DNA of 64,000 nucleotides from Paludibacter jiangxiensis (lineage in GTDB: Bacteria > Bacteroidota > Bacteroidia > Bacteroidales > Paludibacteraceae): the NCBI GenBank assembly GCA_945897785.1, contig CAMDGD010000006.1, positions 428-64,427 on the forward strand. The letters are read 5' to 3'. The position numbers were made by a program, and so were the translations under genes. A model generated the notes under the pieces. It worked only from the letters and a program-made list of their open reading frames with translations, was not told the DNA's origin and searched no databases. Each line of letters starts with the position of its first letter. Positions within the stretch are counted from its first letter, which is position 1. Shown piece by piece: positions 18,010-28,634 of the stretch.

Positions 18010-20013
18010 TTATTGCATAACAATAGCTAAAAAATCATCTTCGTTAAGTAGTCGAATTCCGAGTTTGTTTGCTTTGTCTAATTTTGAGTGACCAATATTT
18101 TCTCCGGCCAATAGGTAATCTGTTTTTGCCGAAACAGCCGATACATTTTTACCCCCATGCTGTTCAATCATCTCTTTTAACTCATCGCGTGAGTATGTTG
18201 AGAAAGTACCACTTATTACGATAGATTTTCCGGCTAACTTATTTGAACTTTTTTCACGCTTATTTTCATCAATCTCAAACCTTAAACCGTTTTGTTTAAG
18301 CCTATTCACTAAATCATTATTTGCTTCTTGGGCAAAAAAGTCCAATATGCTTTGAGCAATTCTATCCCCTATTTCATCAATCTGTATTAGTTCATCGAAA
18401 GATACGGCAACCAGGGTCTCTATATTATGTAAAGTAGAGGCAAGCTTTTTGGCAACAGTTTCTCCAACAAAGCGAATGCCTAACCCAAACAATACTCTTT
18501 CAAAAGGAACTTTTTTTGAATCTTCAATACTTTGTATCAAATTTTGTGCACTTTTTTCTGCCCATCTATCCAAGCCAAGCAAATCTGCTTTAGTAAGTTG
18601 ATACAAATCGGCCACATTTTTCACCAGTCCTTTAGCATAAAGTTGTTCTACAGTTTCAACACCGGCTGTAATATTCATCGCTTTTCTGCTAACAAAATGT
18701 TCAATTTTTGCTTTTATTTGTGGCGGACAAGCGCTTTCGTTCGGACAATAATAAGCAGCCTCTCCTGTTGCTTTAACTAGTGGTGTGTTGCATTCCGGAC
18801 AAGTTTTTATAAAACGCACTTTATCGCCTAATAACAAGCGAGCTTCCTTATCTACACCAACAATTTTTGGAATTATCTCGCCTCCTTTTTCCACAAAAAC
18901 CATATCACCTATATATAAATCGAGGCCTTCTATAATTGATTCGTTATGCAACGATGCCCTTTTTACGACAGAACCCGACAACACCACCGGATCTAAGTTT
19001 GCCACAGGCGTAACAGCCCCTGTTCTTCCTACTTGAAAAGAAACAGTGTTTAATCGGGTGCACGCCTGTTCTGCTTTAAATTTATAGGCAATGGCCCAAC
19101 GAGGCGATTTTGCTGTAAAGCCTAAGTTAAGCTGTTGACGTAAATCGTTAACCTTTATTACAATCCCATCAGTAGCTACCGCTAAGTTCTTCCGTTCTTT
19201 ATCCCAATAGTTTATATAGTCGAAAACTTCTTGTAGCGAGGAACAAAGTTTTGTAGCTTGAGAAATCTTAAAACCCCACGAAGAAGCCTTTTGCAGGTTG
19301 TCAAAATGTGTATTCTCAGGCAATCTCTCTCCAAGGATATAATACAAATACGCATCTAATCTTCGTTTGGCTACTTCAGATGAGTTCTGAAGTTTTAAAG
19401 TACCTGAAGCTGCATTACGAGGATTAGCAAACAATGACTCACCTTGAAATTCTCTGTCCTTATTTATATCTTCAAATACTTGCCAAGGCATCAATATTTC
19501 GCCCCTAATTTCGAATAAAGACGGATAATCATTTCCTTGCAATTGCATAGGAATACTACGAATAGTCTTTACATTATTCGTTACATCATCACCTTTTTCG
19601 CCATCTCCACGGGTAATAGCTTGAATCAATTTTCCATTTTCGTAAGTAAGTGAAATGGATGTACCATCGTATTTCAACTCACAAACTAAAGCTATTTCAT
19701 CGTGCAAGAGTTTTTTAGCCCTATCGTAGAATTCACGAACCTCTTCTTCCGAATAAGTATTGCTTAACGAAAGCATAGGGTATTTATGCGCAACCTGTTT
19801 AAAGCCAACTGACAAATCGCTCCCTACACGCATACTTGGCGAATTTGGATCAAAAAAGTCTGGATATTGAGTTTCTAATTGCTGTAGTTTGTGTAATTTT
19901 TCATCAAACTCAAAATCGGATATCGTAGGCTGATTAAGCACATAATAACTATGGTTGTGCTTGTGCAATTCGTTACGTAAACTTTCTATTTGATTTTTTA
20001 TATCCGACTGCAT
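18010..20013 (-). CDS. ligA: NAD-dependent DNA ligase
   Basis: Adenylation motif ELKYDGTS (KxDG), Zn finger CPECNTPL…CPN…C, an HhH region and a C-terminal BRCT domain ([10 protein letters not shown]). 667 aa. Confidence 0.95.
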   Translation of the reverse strand: MQSDIKNQIESLRNELHKHNHSYYVLNQPTISDFEFDEKLHKLQQLETQYPDFFDPNSPSMRVGSDLSVGFKQVAHKYPMLSLSNTYSEEEVREFYDRAKKLLHDEIALVCELKYDGTSISLTYENGKLIQAITRGDGEKGDDVTNNVKTIRSIPMQLQGNDYPSLFEIRGEILMPWQVFEDINKDREFQGESLFANPRNAASGTLKLQNSSEVAKRRLDAYLYYILGERLPENTHFDNLQKASSWGFKISQATKLCSSLQEVFDYINYWDKERKNLAVATDGIVIKVNDLRQQLNLGFTAKSPRWAIAYKFKAEQACTRLNTVSFQVGRTGAVTPVANLDPVVLSGSVVKRASLHNESIIEGLDLYIGDMVFVEKGGEIIPKIVGVDKEARLLLGDKVRFIKTCPECNTPLVKATGEAAYYCPNESACPPQIKAKIEHFVSRKAMNITAGVETVEQLYAKGLVKNVADLYQLTKADLLGLDRWAEKSAQNLIQSIEDSKKVPFERVLFGLGIRFVGETVAKKLASTLHNIETLVAVSFDELIQIDEIGDRIAQSILDFFAQEANNDLVNRLKQNGLRFEIDENKREKSSNKLAGKSIVISGTFSTYSRDELKEMIEQHGGKNVSAVSAKTDYLLAGENIGHSKLDKANKLGIRLLNEDDFLAIVMQ

Positions 20014-20036
20014 ACCGTTTTTGTCTTAGCGTGGAA

Positions 20037-20044
20037 CAAAGATA
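20037..20044 (-). promoter_or_regulatory. -7 box TAtcTTTG for ligA
   Basis: The plus strand reads caaagata, 24 nt upstream of the ATG at 20013. It abuts the Bat operon terminator. Confidence 0.5.
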
Positions 20045-20079
20045 AAAAAAAAGTTTTGAGATACAGTGAGCTCAAAACT
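20044..20079 (-). terminator. terminator ending the 8-gene MoxR/Bat operon
   Basis: The minus strand has the stem agttttgag/ctcaaaact with a 10-nt loop and T8. Confidence 0.75.
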
Positions 20080-20119
20080 TTCAAGATGGGTTTATTAATA
20101 GCTATTTAAGCACTATTTA

Positions 20120-20890
20120 TTAGATTTTCTCCATATCAGTTTGCAACATCCATCCTACATTTCCGTCATCAATTACTATTTCGACCCAAACATCCAAGCT
20201 ACTTTTAATTTTCACCTTGGTTCCCTCGTGTAACACAAAAACGGTAGTTCCACTTTTATCAGGAGCACTACGCACGGTAACGGTTGGCGACATAACAATA
20301 GCATAAGCTTGTTGCTCAATTTTATCTTTTTGTTTTTTGGCCATAAAAACACTTATAGAACAAACTAAAAACATAATCAAAGCCCCATAAAACGATGATT
20401 TACGCAACCACATTTGTTTGGAAAAAGCATACAAAAAAGCAAGCGCTATAACACTAAAGAACAGTATGATACTAGCTTTTGCCCATACATCAGAACTAAC
20501 CCAATTGGCTATACTATCAAACCATCGATGAATAAAAAAAGAATCAAGTTTATCAATTTTATCTACAGTTTTAGCTTGAACTAATGCTAAATTAAAGCGA
20601 GCATCGTCATAGTTTGGCTCAATGAGCAAAGCCCTTTCATAATATACTATTGCTTTGGCTAAATTACCGTTTTTGTAATATGCATTCCCAATATTATAAA
20701 AAATCTCGGGTGATTGTTTCTCATTTGGAATTGCCTGTAAATACAAAGTTATTGCTTCTGCATAGTTCCCCTTTTTATACATAGAGTTAGCTGTCTTTAC
20801 TAAATCGTTAGCAGCTAACGAAATGGTAAAAAGACAAAACACTAAAAACAAGCTGTATTTTTTCATTTTGATTTTTTTTAACAGAAACAT
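20120..20890 (-). CDS. batE: BatE-like TPR + SH3b protein (last gene of the Bat operon)
   Basis: Signal/TM segment, TPR repeats (…YNIGNAYYKNGNLAKAIVYYERAL…), two TM helices and a C-terminal SH3b-like segment (VRSAPDKSGTTVFVLHEGTKV…GWM). An alternative start lies at 20866. Confidence 0.7.
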   Translation of the reverse strand: MFLLKKIKMKKYSLFLVFCLFTISLAANDLVKTANSMYKKGNYAEAITLYLQAIPNEKQSPEIFYNIGNAYYKNGNLAKAIVYYERALLIEPNYDDARFNLALVQAKTVDKIDKLDSFFIHRWFDSIANWVSSDVWAKASIILFFSVIALAFLYAFSKQMWLRKSSFYGALIMFLVCSISVFMAKKQKDKIEQQAYAIVMSPTVTVRSAPDKSGTTVFVLHEGTKVKIKSSLDVWVEIVIDDGNVGWMLQTDMEKI

Positions 20891-20893
20891 TAC

Positions 20894-22717
20894 TTACTTA
20901 ATGTTTTCTTGAAACTTACTAATAACCGTAACGGTACGCTCATAAACATCGTCCATCGCCTGAGAATCGTGCATAGGCGAAAACCGTTCAAATTCACAAA
21001 CTGAAAGCAAGGCCATAAATTCATTGATATCTTCTTCTGCTAAGCCTTTTGTTGACAACTCTTGCACCACATTTTCTTTGCTTAAAGAAGCCAGTGGGAT
21101 TAACAGTTTATCGCTTAAATATCCCCACAGAGCTTTTAATACTTCATCATAAAATACCTCTTTATTGTTTTCTTTTAAAAGTTTAGCTGCCAGTTTTAAT
21201 CTTTTTACGGCCACTTTATTAGCCCTGCGATTTTTTACTATTGACAAATCGGCATTCCGTTTAAGTTGCTTACGATAACCAACAAATAATACTGCTGAAA
21301 GCAAAAATGGTATCACTAACCACAGCCAATAGCTTAGTGTTGCAAAAAAGAACTTATCCTTTTGAATAAAAGTCGGATTTCCGGTAAAAATATACCGAAT
21401 GTCTTTACCCAACAATGTAAGTTGTTCTTTATTAGCGAAGTTCATCATTTGCGCACCACTACCACCCGCTCCTTTTTTAACTTGAATGGTATATTCCGGT
21501 GAAGAAATTTCTTTGTATGACTTGCTTTTTAAATCGAAAAAACAAAAATTATAGGAAGGAATTGTAAATTCACCCTCATTTCTTGGTATGATAAGATATT
21601 CAATTGTTTTTGTTCCGGTAACACCATTCGTAGTATGCTTAAAACTGTTGTTTACTTTGGGGTCGTACACCTCAAAATCGGCAGGAAAATCAAGCGCTAC
21701 CGTTGGTATTAGTTTTAAATTACCGTTTCCGGCAATGGTAAACGTTAAGGTTATAGCATCATTAACAGCCACTTTATCCGATGAAATGGATGAATTAAAT
21801 GAAAATGCCCCTACAGCGCCATTAAAAGTAGCCGGTTTATTAGTTGGTAACTTATCAACCTCAATTTTGATACTTGGAGCAACTAGCTTTTTCTTAACAT
21901 CTTGATATGTATCAAAGAAGTTGTCAAAAATACTTCGAACTTGTGCTTTTGAACGAATACGAACCACAGCCTCAAAGTTTGCTTTATCAATAGTCATGCT
22001 TCCGTTCTTTTGTGGATAAAGCAATGTTTGATACAACACCACCGTACTAAAATTTCGACCGTTGTAAGTTTCATAATTAAACTGACTGGTTTTCGGCAAA
22101 TCAATTTCCTGTTTCAAAAACCCTTTAAAATCAGGCAGTTTAACACTATTTGGTTCAATTCGTACAACATCTAAAACAGTGTACATCTTATAAGTAACCA
22201 TCAAAAAATCTTGCTCATACAAACGGGTCCGGGTTGGTATTGCACGAATAAAAATATTTTCGTCTGTCAACACATTATCAACACTCCCTTGATTCTTTGC
22301 CGATTGCTTTGTTGTTGCCTGGCTCGCTTTATCAGCAGGCAATACTTTAACAGTTAATGCATTGGATGTGTATCGTTGTTTTTCAATAACAATGCTTGCC
22401 GCTGGAATTGTATACGATCCTTCTTTTTTAGGTAGCAGTGTATAGGTATATGAAATTGTGGTTGATGAATTTACATTACCGTTAATTACCTGCACACTTG
22501 AACTACGAGATTCAAAAGGGCCGGCTAATACATCAAAATGCTCAAAATCAGCTACACGTAAATCTTTTCCTCCCGCAGCATTAACGCTATATACTAAGCG
22601 AAAGGCCTCCCCTAACGGAATAGCATTGGGTGCAGATGCTTGAAACACCACCTCTTCAGCCTTTGTTGTAGCATGTAATGCAAAAAAGAACGAGAGTATA
22701 AATAAAATTTTCTTCAC
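20894..22717 (-). CDS. batD: BatD-family protein
   Basis: 607 aa with a signal peptide, a large beta-rich periplasmic part, a single TM near residue 470 and a cytoplasmic tail. Its position between batC and batE fits BatD. Confidence 0.7.
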   Translation of the reverse strand: MKKILFILSFFFALHATTKAEEVVFQASAPNAIPLGEAFRLVYSVNAAGGKDLRVADFEHFDVLAGPFESRSSSVQVINGNVNSSTTISYTYTLLPKKEGSYTIPAASIVIEKQRYTSNALTVKVLPADKASQATTKQSAKNQGSVDNVLTDENIFIRAIPTRTRLYEQDFLMVTYKMYTVLDVVRIEPNSVKLPDFKGFLKQEIDLPKTSQFNYETYNGRNFSTVVLYQTLLYPQKNGSMTIDKANFEAVVRIRSKAQVRSIFDNFFDTYQDVKKKLVAPSIKIEVDKLPTNKPATFNGAVGAFSFNSSISSDKVAVNDAITLTFTIAGNGNLKLIPTVALDFPADFEVYDPKVNNSFKHTTNGVTGTKTIEYLIIPRNEGEFTIPSYNFCFFDLKSKSYKEISSPEYTIQVKKGAGGSGAQMMNFANKEQLTLLGKDIRYIFTGNPTFIQKDKFFFATLSYWLWLVIPFLLSAVLFVGYRKQLKRNADLSIVKNRRANKVAVKRLKLAAKLLKENNKEVFYDEVLKALWGYLSDKLLIPLASLSKENVVQELSTKGLAEEDINEFMALLSVCEFERFSPMHDSQAMDDVYERTVTVISKFQENIK

Positions 22718-22784
22718 AAGTATAATGGGTTTAATTTTATTATTTTGAAACTAACTTATCGTTATATGATTCTATTAAAAGTGA

Positions 22785-23450
22785 TTACCAATCCTTTTCT
22801 ACCGGCCGTTTTTTTACCTGTTGTTGGTTCTTTTTTACCTTATTTTGTAGGTCCTTTTCATCTTGTAAAAACGCATCTAAAAGTTGTTTTGCGTTTTCTT
22901 CAGACATTTGTTGTTCCTCATCTTTTGGCGGATCGGGCTGGTTTTTATTTTCTTCTTTATTCTGTTGTTGTTGTTGTTGTTGTTGTTTCTGTTGTTGTTT
23001 CTGTTGTTGTTTCTGTTGTTGTAAATATTTTTGAGCTAATGCTAAATTATAGCGGGTTTCATCGTCTGTTGGATTCTTCTTTAATGCATTTTTATAAGCT
23101 TCAATACTTTTAGCATACTCTTTCGATTCAAACAAAGCATTACCAATATTGTGATAAGCAGAAGCAACTTTATCCTTATCTTTTACCATAGATGAAGCCT
23201 TTGTAAACTGTTCAATTGCTTCCGGATACTTTTGTTGTTTAAACAATGCATTGCCTAAATTAAAGGTAGCTTCAAAACTATTGTTGTTTTTACTTAAACC
23301 CTTTCTATAGAAAACTTCCGAATCAACATACTTATCCTGATTATATAAGCTGTTTCCTTTACGAACATCTTTCGATTCTTCTTGTGCAGACAGCATTAAT
23401 AAACTAAAAAACAAGCCCAATACAATAAGAATTAAGAACCTCATAACCAT
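22785..23450 (-). CDS. batC: BatC-like TPR protein with a poly-Q/K tract
   Basis: Signal/TM segment, TPR repeats, then QQQKQQQKQQQKQQQQQQQQ and a charged tail. Operon position supports the call. Confidence 0.7.
   Translation of the reverse strand: MVMRFLILIVLGLFFSLLMLSAQEESKDVRKGNSLYNQDKYVDSEVFYRKGLSKNNNSFEATFNLGNALFKQQKYPEAIEQFTKASSMVKDKDKVASAYHNIGNALFESKEYAKSIEAYKNALKKNPTDDETRYNLALAQKYLQQQKQQQKQQQKQQQQQQQQNKEENKNQPDPPKDEEQQMSEENAKQLLDAFLQDEKDLQNKVKKNQQQVKKRPVEKDW
22962..23021 (-). repeat. coding trinucleotide/12-nt microsatellite in batC (poly-Q/K)
   Basis: The plus strand reads CTG (TTG)x7 followed by three perfect copies of TTTCTGTTGTTG. On the coding strand this gives QQQK x3 followed by Q x8. 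Confidence 0.9.
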
Positions 23451-23485
23451 AGAATTATATATACAAAAAATCTATTAAAAAAAAA

Positions 23486-24502
23486 TTAGAATATTTTAAT
23501 ACGATTATTCCATTTGCTTTTTCGTTCTAACACAAACAGTTCGGCAATCAACAAAACAAGTACCAACCAAGCTATAAATTGAAACTGTTCGCTGTATTCA
23601 GAAAAAATCTTTGTTTCCACTTCGTTTTTCGCCATTGAATCAATCTCCTTTTGTATGGCTTTTTGTGCACGATTTGAATTATCAGCTTTGATATAAACAC
23701 CCTTTCCGGCTTGTGCAATTTCTTGGCACATACTTTCATTTAATTTGGACATCACCACATTTCCTGCCTTGTCCTTCTTGTAATTTAAGCTTTCGCCAAT
23801 AGGTATTGGCGAACCTTCTGGACTGCCAACGCCTATCACATGCGTAACAATTCCTTTATCGTATGCCTCTTTAGCCGCAGTAACAGCATCATCTTCATGA
23901 TTTTCCCCATCAGTAATAACAATAATAGTTCTGCCTACTTTATTTTTCGGACCAAAAGAGTGCATTGCCATATCAATAGCTGTACCTATTGCTGTACCTT
24001 GTACAGGTATTAATGAAGGATTAATGCTTGGCATAAACATTTTAGCTGATATATAATCGCTGGTGATTGGGATTTGCGTATACGCATCGCCGGCAAAAAT
24101 AATCAAGCCAACCTTATCATTGGTCATATCATCCAATAGCTTAGTTACCATTTGCTTAGACTTTTCCAATCTATTAGGTTGAAGATCTTTAGCCATCATT
24201 GAGTTAGATACATCCAAGGCAATAATCACTTCCACACCTTTTCGTTTAACTGTCTCCATTTTTGAACCAAACTGTGGTCGTGCAAGTAATAATATTGTTA
24301 AGAGTATAGCTCCAAGCAACAGATAGAACTTAATCTGCTGTCTTACAAACGAATACGCTGGCATTAATACTCGCAATAAATCAGCTTCTCCCAATAATGC
24401 AAACTGTTTTTTTCGTTGCAGGGTGTAGTATAGCTGAAAAAGCACCAATAAAGGAATACCAATCAATAAATACAAATATTCTGGATGCGCAAATCTAAAC
24501 AT
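23486..24502 (-). CDS. batB: BatB: VWA-domain membrane protein
   Basis: N-terminal MFRFAHPEYLYLL with TM helices, a VWA MIDAS motif (ALDVSNSM) and a C-terminal TM. The tracked start at 24514 is a TTG, and the ATG at 24502 gives the conserved N-terminus. Confidence 0.8.
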   Translation of the reverse strand: MFRFAHPEYLYLLIGIPLLVLFQLYYTLQRKKQFALLGEADLLRVLMPAYSFVRQQIKFYLLLGAILLTILLLARPQFGSKMETVKRKGVEVIIALDVSNSMMAKDLQPNRLEKSKQMVTKLLDDMTNDKVGLIIFAGDAYTQIPITSDYISAKMFMPSINPSLIPVQGTAIGTAIDMAMHSFGPKNKVGRTIIVITDGENHEDDAVTAAKEAYDKGIVTHVIGVGSPEGSPIPIGESLNYKKDKAGNVVMSKLNESMCQEIAQAGKGVYIKADNSNRAQKAIQKEIDSMAKNEVETKIFSEYSEQFQFIAWLVLVLLIAELFVLERKSKWNNRIKIF

Positions 24503-24530
24503 AACAACCTTCAATAATTACTAATAAATA

Positions 24531-25514
24531 TTAGGGTATTTTACGAAAAACAGTATACCGCAAAGCAATTTCTATAAATAGTAAAAGTAAAGCAGATAAA
24601 GCAAAAATAAAATACACCTCATTCTTTTTGCTATACTCCTTCACTTCTATCTTTGTTTTTTCCATTTGATCAATTTGCTGATAGATTTCTTGCAACTTAT
24701 TATTATCAGTAGCCCTAAAATAAGTACCTCCGGTTAAATTGGCAATATTTTTCAACACTTGTTCATCAATAACAACTTCTTTAAGTTCATATTGAATGCC
24801 AAGAGGTGTCATAATCGGCGAAAGCGCTTTTCCATCGGTTCCAATACCAATGGTGTACACACGAATACCAAAACTACGTGCTATTTCGGCAGCAGTTTCC
24901 GGAGCAATATCTCCGGCATTATTCGATCCGTCTGTAAGCAGAATAATCACTTTCGATTTTGATTTACTATCTTTTAACCTACTAATAGCATTGGCTAAGC
25001 CCGACCCTATGGCAGTACCATCTTCTATCATACCAAAATCGACCGAGTTAAAAAGACTAATTAGCACATTATGATCGGTAGTTAGTGGACATTGAGTAAA
25101 GCTTTCGCCCGCAAAAACCACCAATCCGATATTATCGTTTGGTCGGCCTTTTATAAAATCTATTGCTACATTTTTTGCTGCTTTTAAGCGATTAGGCTTT
25201 AAATCTTTTGCTAACATCGACCCTGACACATCTTCAGCAATAATAATATCGATACCTTCGGTAGTTTGATCTTGCCACTGATTAGACGATTGCGGTCGGG
25301 CAATTACAATAATTACAAGTAGTAAGCTTACTATTCTTAGTACAAACGGTAAATGTCTAAAATACAATTTCGCACTAACAGGCGCTTTCTCGAAAGATTT
25401 AAAGCTTGGAACCTTCAGGTATGCCTCCGATTTCCCTTGTCGCAAAATATACCAAACTACGAGCGGTATAAGCAACAACAACAGAAATAAATAGCTTGGA
25501 TTATGAAATGTCAT
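24531..25514 (-). CDS. batA: BatA: VWA-domain membrane protein
   Basis: N-terminal TM helices, a VWA MIDAS motif (AEDVSGSM) and a C-terminal TM. Operon position supports the call. Confidence 0.8.
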   Translation of the reverse strand: MTFHNPSYLFLLLLLIPLVVWYILRQGKSEAYLKVPSFKSFEKAPVSAKLYFRHLPFVLRIVSLLLVIIVIARPQSSNQWQDQTTEGIDIIIAEDVSGSMLAKDLKPNRLKAAKNVAIDFIKGRPNDNIGLVVFAGESFTQCPLTTDHNVLISLFNSVDFGMIEDGTAIGSGLANAISRLKDSKSKSKVIILLTDGSNNAGDIAPETAAEIARSFGIRVYTIGIGTDGKALSPIMTPLGIQYELKEVVIDEQVLKNIANLTGGTYFRATDNNKLQEIYQQIDQMEKTKIEVKEYSKKNEVYFIFALSALLLLFIEIALRYTVFRKIP

Positions 25515-25523
25515 AGTTTACTC

Positions 25524-26486
25524 TTAGTTACTTACAATTTCACTTTCAATTTCCTTATTTTCAACAACTACCGCTTGTTCATCCTTTGTTTCATTTACAA
25601 ACGAATAGGCATTTTGCAGTGTTTTTTCTTGCTCCATAGTATCCGGAATCCATTTAGCAAACTTCACTAAATCTGATAAGAGCAACACTTGCTGTAAACG
25701 CTCAAAAACGAAAGCATCTGAAATCTTTGCCACCTTTATGTTTTCCAATATCTCATCTGATGTCATTTCTAGTGCTGCAATTAAATAGCGGTGTTCAATA
25801 TATTGTCTTAACACAGTACTTACTTCAGTATAATACTCCTTTAGTCGCCCTTGCTGCCATATTTTTTCGGATTTAATCCTGTCTAATTCTTTTAAGGCAG
25901 TTTCGTGAGGTGCGATATCAGGCAATTTTTCGCTTACAACAGCAAGCTGTTTAGTAAAGAACCGTTTTATCACAAAACGATACAACACAAACAAAACTAT
26001 AAGCGAAAGAAGGATACTAAGAACAACAAATAGCACTAACTTCCAGTTTATTTTCGCTTTATAAATTGGCTTAATATCGTACACTCCTTTGGTTGTATCT
26101 ACCGAAAAAGAATACACTTTTAGGGATAAGGGATTGGTTTCGAAAGTATCATTTTCCGAAATAAATATAAACGGCGGAATATAATACAAGGCAGAATCAA
26201 AAGCAGTAATAAGAACATTGGTTGTAACAGAAATCATTTCATTCTCTTGGACAACTGTATCGGGCTTAGCTACAGATAGTATTTCTAGTCCGGATACAAT
26301 GGAATCTTTTAAAATGGGGTGTTGAATCCGTAGGTTTTTGTTGTGTATAAGTTCCAAACGAAGATTAGTTTGGGCACCAATAAGCAAGGATGACGAGTCC
26401 AAGCTTGCTCGTACAGAAACCTGAGCAACAAGCAGTTGTATGGTAAAAAAGAATACAAATAAATAACACAATCTTTTCACAGTCAT
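25524..26486 (-). CDS. hypothetical membrane protein of the Bat operon
   Basis: 320 aa with a signal peptide, one central TM helix (LVLFVVLSILLSLIVLFVLY) and a helical C-terminal half. It occupies the slot between the DUF58 gene and batA. Confidence 0.55.
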   Translation of the reverse strand: MTVKRLCYLFVFFFTIQLLVAQVSVRASLDSSSLLIGAQTNLRLELIHNKNLRIQHPILKDSIVSGLEILSVAKPDTVVQENEMISVTTNVLITAFDSALYYIPPFIFISENDTFETNPLSLKVYSFSVDTTKGVYDIKPIYKAKINWKLVLFVVLSILLSLIVLFVLYRFVIKRFFTKQLAVVSEKLPDIAPHETALKELDRIKSEKIWQQGRLKEYYTEVSTVLRQYIEHRYLIAALEMTSDEILENIKVAKISDAFVFERLQQVLLLSDLVKFAKWIPDTMEQEKTLQNAYSFVNETKDEQAVVVENKEIESEIVSN

Positions 26487-26550
26487 ATATTTTTTTAACT
26501 TATGCCAATGTATTTTTCAGTAAGTATGAAATATCTAAACTGAATACTTA

Positions 26551-27417
26551 TCAAGCCCTCATTTTAAAGAGTCTCATTAACGATTTCACATAATCTTCTT
26601 TTGTGTTTACAGCTACATAATCAACTCCGCTCTTCTGAAAAATCTGATGTAATTGAAGTTGCCTCTCCGACCAAGCATTTTTATACGCCATACGCAATCT
26701 ATTGTCAGCACTATCTACCCACATAGTTTGTCCGCTTTCAGCGTCACATAATTTTAGCATACCAACTGCAGGAAGTTCTGTTTCTAACTGATCATAGACC
26801 TGTAGTGCAACAATATCATGCTTTCTATTGGCAATAGTAAGGGCATCAGTAAAAGTATCATCGATAAAATCGGATATGATAAAAGCCGTAGAGCGTTTTT
26901 TAATTACATTACTAAAATATCGTAGCGCTTGAGCTATATCAGTCGATTTGCTTTCCGGATGAAAATCGATTAACTCACGAATAATATGCAGCACATGTTT
27001 TCGGCCCTTTTTTGGCGGAATAAATTTTTCTATAGTATCTGAGAAAAATATTACACCGATTTTATCGTTGTTTTGAATGGTTGAAAAAGCAACTGTTGCA
27101 GCTATTTCGGTCGTTAGGTTTTTCTTTGTTTTACTTACAGTACCAAACTCCCTACTGCCCGAGACATCTATCAACAACATTACAGTCATCTCCCGTTCTT
27201 CTTCAAAAACCTTTACAAAAGGATGATTAAAACGAGCCGTTACATTCCAGTCAATGTTTCTAATATCATCACCGTATTGATATTCGCGCACCTCAGAAAA
27301 AGTCATACCTCTACCTTTAAAAGCAGAGTGGTACTCTCCCGCAAAAATGTGGTTTGATAAGCCACGCGTTTTTATCTCTATTTGCCGTACTCTTTTTAAT
27401 AATTCTGTAGTTTCCAT
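26551..27417 (-). CDS. DUF58-domain protein (MoxR-associated, VWA-like)
   Basis: 288 aa immediately downstream of the MoxR ATPase, with conserved blocks (REYQYGDD.R.IDW, LLIDVSGS) typical of DUF58. Confidence 0.8.
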   Translation of the reverse strand: METTELLKRVRQIEIKTRGLSNHIFAGEYHSAFKGRGMTFSEVREYQYGDDIRNIDWNVTARFNHPFVKVFEEEREMTVMLLIDVSGSREFGTVSKTKKNLTTEIAATVAFSTIQNNDKIGVIFFSDTIEKFIPPKKGRKHVLHIIRELIDFHPESKSTDIAQALRYFSNVIKKRSTAFIISDFIDDTFTDALTIANRKHDIVALQVYDQLETELPAVGMLKLCDAESGQTMWVDSADNRLRMAYKNAWSERQLQLHQIFQKSGVDYVAVNTKEDYVKSLMRLFKMRA

Positions 27418-27468
27418 AAAACGATTTAACGTGATAAGTGATAGTTGTATCGCTGATCTCTGTATTTT

Positions 27469-28464
27469 TTACGGCACCTCTACAGCATTAAGAATTTCAC
27501 TGATAATTTCTTCTGAAGAAATGTTATTTGCCTCTGCCTCGTAACTTAACCCAATACGATGCCGTAATACATCATAGCAAACAGCCCTAACATCTTCTGG
27601 AATAATATACCCTCTACGTTTAATAAAGGCATAAGCACGAGAAGCTAAGCCAATATTAATACTTGCACGAGGAGAACCTCCAAAGGAAATCATCGTTTTT
27701 AATTTTTTTAGTCCGTATTCTTCCGGATAACGGGTGGCAAAAACAATATCAAGAATGTACCGCTCAATTTTTTCATCCATATATACCTCGCTCACTACCT
27801 TACGCGCTGCAATAATATCGTTAGGATGCAATACTGGAGCAATGGTAGATTCTTGAGCATACATATTCTGACGCATGATAAGTTTCTCTTCTTCTTTCTT
27901 TGGATAAGAAACAACCACTTTTAGCATAAAACGGTCCACTTGAGCTTCGGGCAATGGATATGTTCCCTCTTGTTCAATTGGATTTTGTGTGGCCAATACT
28001 AAAAACGGTGCAGGTAGTGGATAAGTTTTTTCACCGATAGACACTTGCCTTTCTTGCATAGCCTCTAACAAAGCACTTTGCACTTTAGCCGGCGCACGAT
28101 TTATTTCATCAGCTAAAATAAAATTTGAAAAAATTGGTCCTTTACGAATAATAAATTCTTCGTTTTTCTGACTATAAATCATCGTACCAATTAAATCGGC
28201 AGGAAGCAAATCTGGAGTAAACTGAATGCGGCTAAAATCTGCATCAATAAGGCTTGCTAAAGTTTTTATGGCTAGTGTTTTTGCTAATCCGGGAACCCCT
28301 TCGAGTAAAACATGTCCATCGGCCAACAAACCAATTAAGAGCGATTCGACCAAGTGTTTTTGGCCTACAATGGCCTTATCCATTCCCATTGTAAGGGCAT
28401 CAACAAAAGAACTTTGCTTCTCTATTCTGCTGTTAAGCTCTCTAATGTCAATTGTTTGATTCAT
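27469..28464 (-). CDS. MoxR-family AAA+ ATPase
   Basis: Walker A LLEGVPGLAKT and Walker B ILADEINRA, followed by QNP.E.EGTYPLPEAQ.DRF, which is diagnostic of MoxR-type AAA_3 ATPases. 331 aa. Confidence 0.9.
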   Translation of the reverse strand: MNQTIDIRELNSRIEKQSSFVDALTMGMDKAIVGQKHLVESLLIGLLADGHVLLEGVPGLAKTLAIKTLASLIDADFSRIQFTPDLLPADLIGTMIYSQKNEEFIIRKGPIFSNFILADEINRAPAKVQSALLEAMQERQVSIGEKTYPLPAPFLVLATQNPIEQEGTYPLPEAQVDRFMLKVVVSYPKKEEEKLIMRQNMYAQESTIAPVLHPNDIIAARKVVSEVYMDEKIERYILDIVFATRYPEEYGLKKLKTMISFGGSPRASINIGLASRAYAFIKRRGYIIPEDVRAVCYDVLRHRIGLSYEAEANNISSEEIISEILNAVEVP

Positions 28465-28505
28465 AATGCTATTTTTTTTATAGTATTCGCTATTATTTCA
28501 AAACA

Positions 28506-28513
28506 CAAAAATA
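28506..28513 (-). promoter_or_regulatory. -7 box TAttTTTG for the MoxR/Bat operon
   Basis: The plus strand reads caaaaata, 42 nt upstream of the ATG at 28464. Confidence 0.45.
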
Positions 28514-28577
28514 AAAAAATGCGCTTTTTATTTGAAATACTTTTTCTGTTAAAAAATATTAAGTTTTTTCTTTACAA

Positions 28578-28611
28578 ACAAAAATAAGGCTTTGTTTATT
28601 AAAAGCCTTAT
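28578..28611 (-). terminator. terminator after the HU / HU-TM-LysM pair
   Basis: The stem ataaggcttt/aaagccttat is followed on the minus strand by tttttg. Confidence 0.65.
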
Positions 28612-28634
28612 TACTTTAATTCTAAGCCTGTTTT

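Noticed and set aside
22745-23113. 122-aa plus-strand ORF containing a poly-Val run
   Set aside because: It is the antisense reading of the batC CAA/CAG microsatellite. It overlaps batC and the batD-batC junction and is a repeat artefact.
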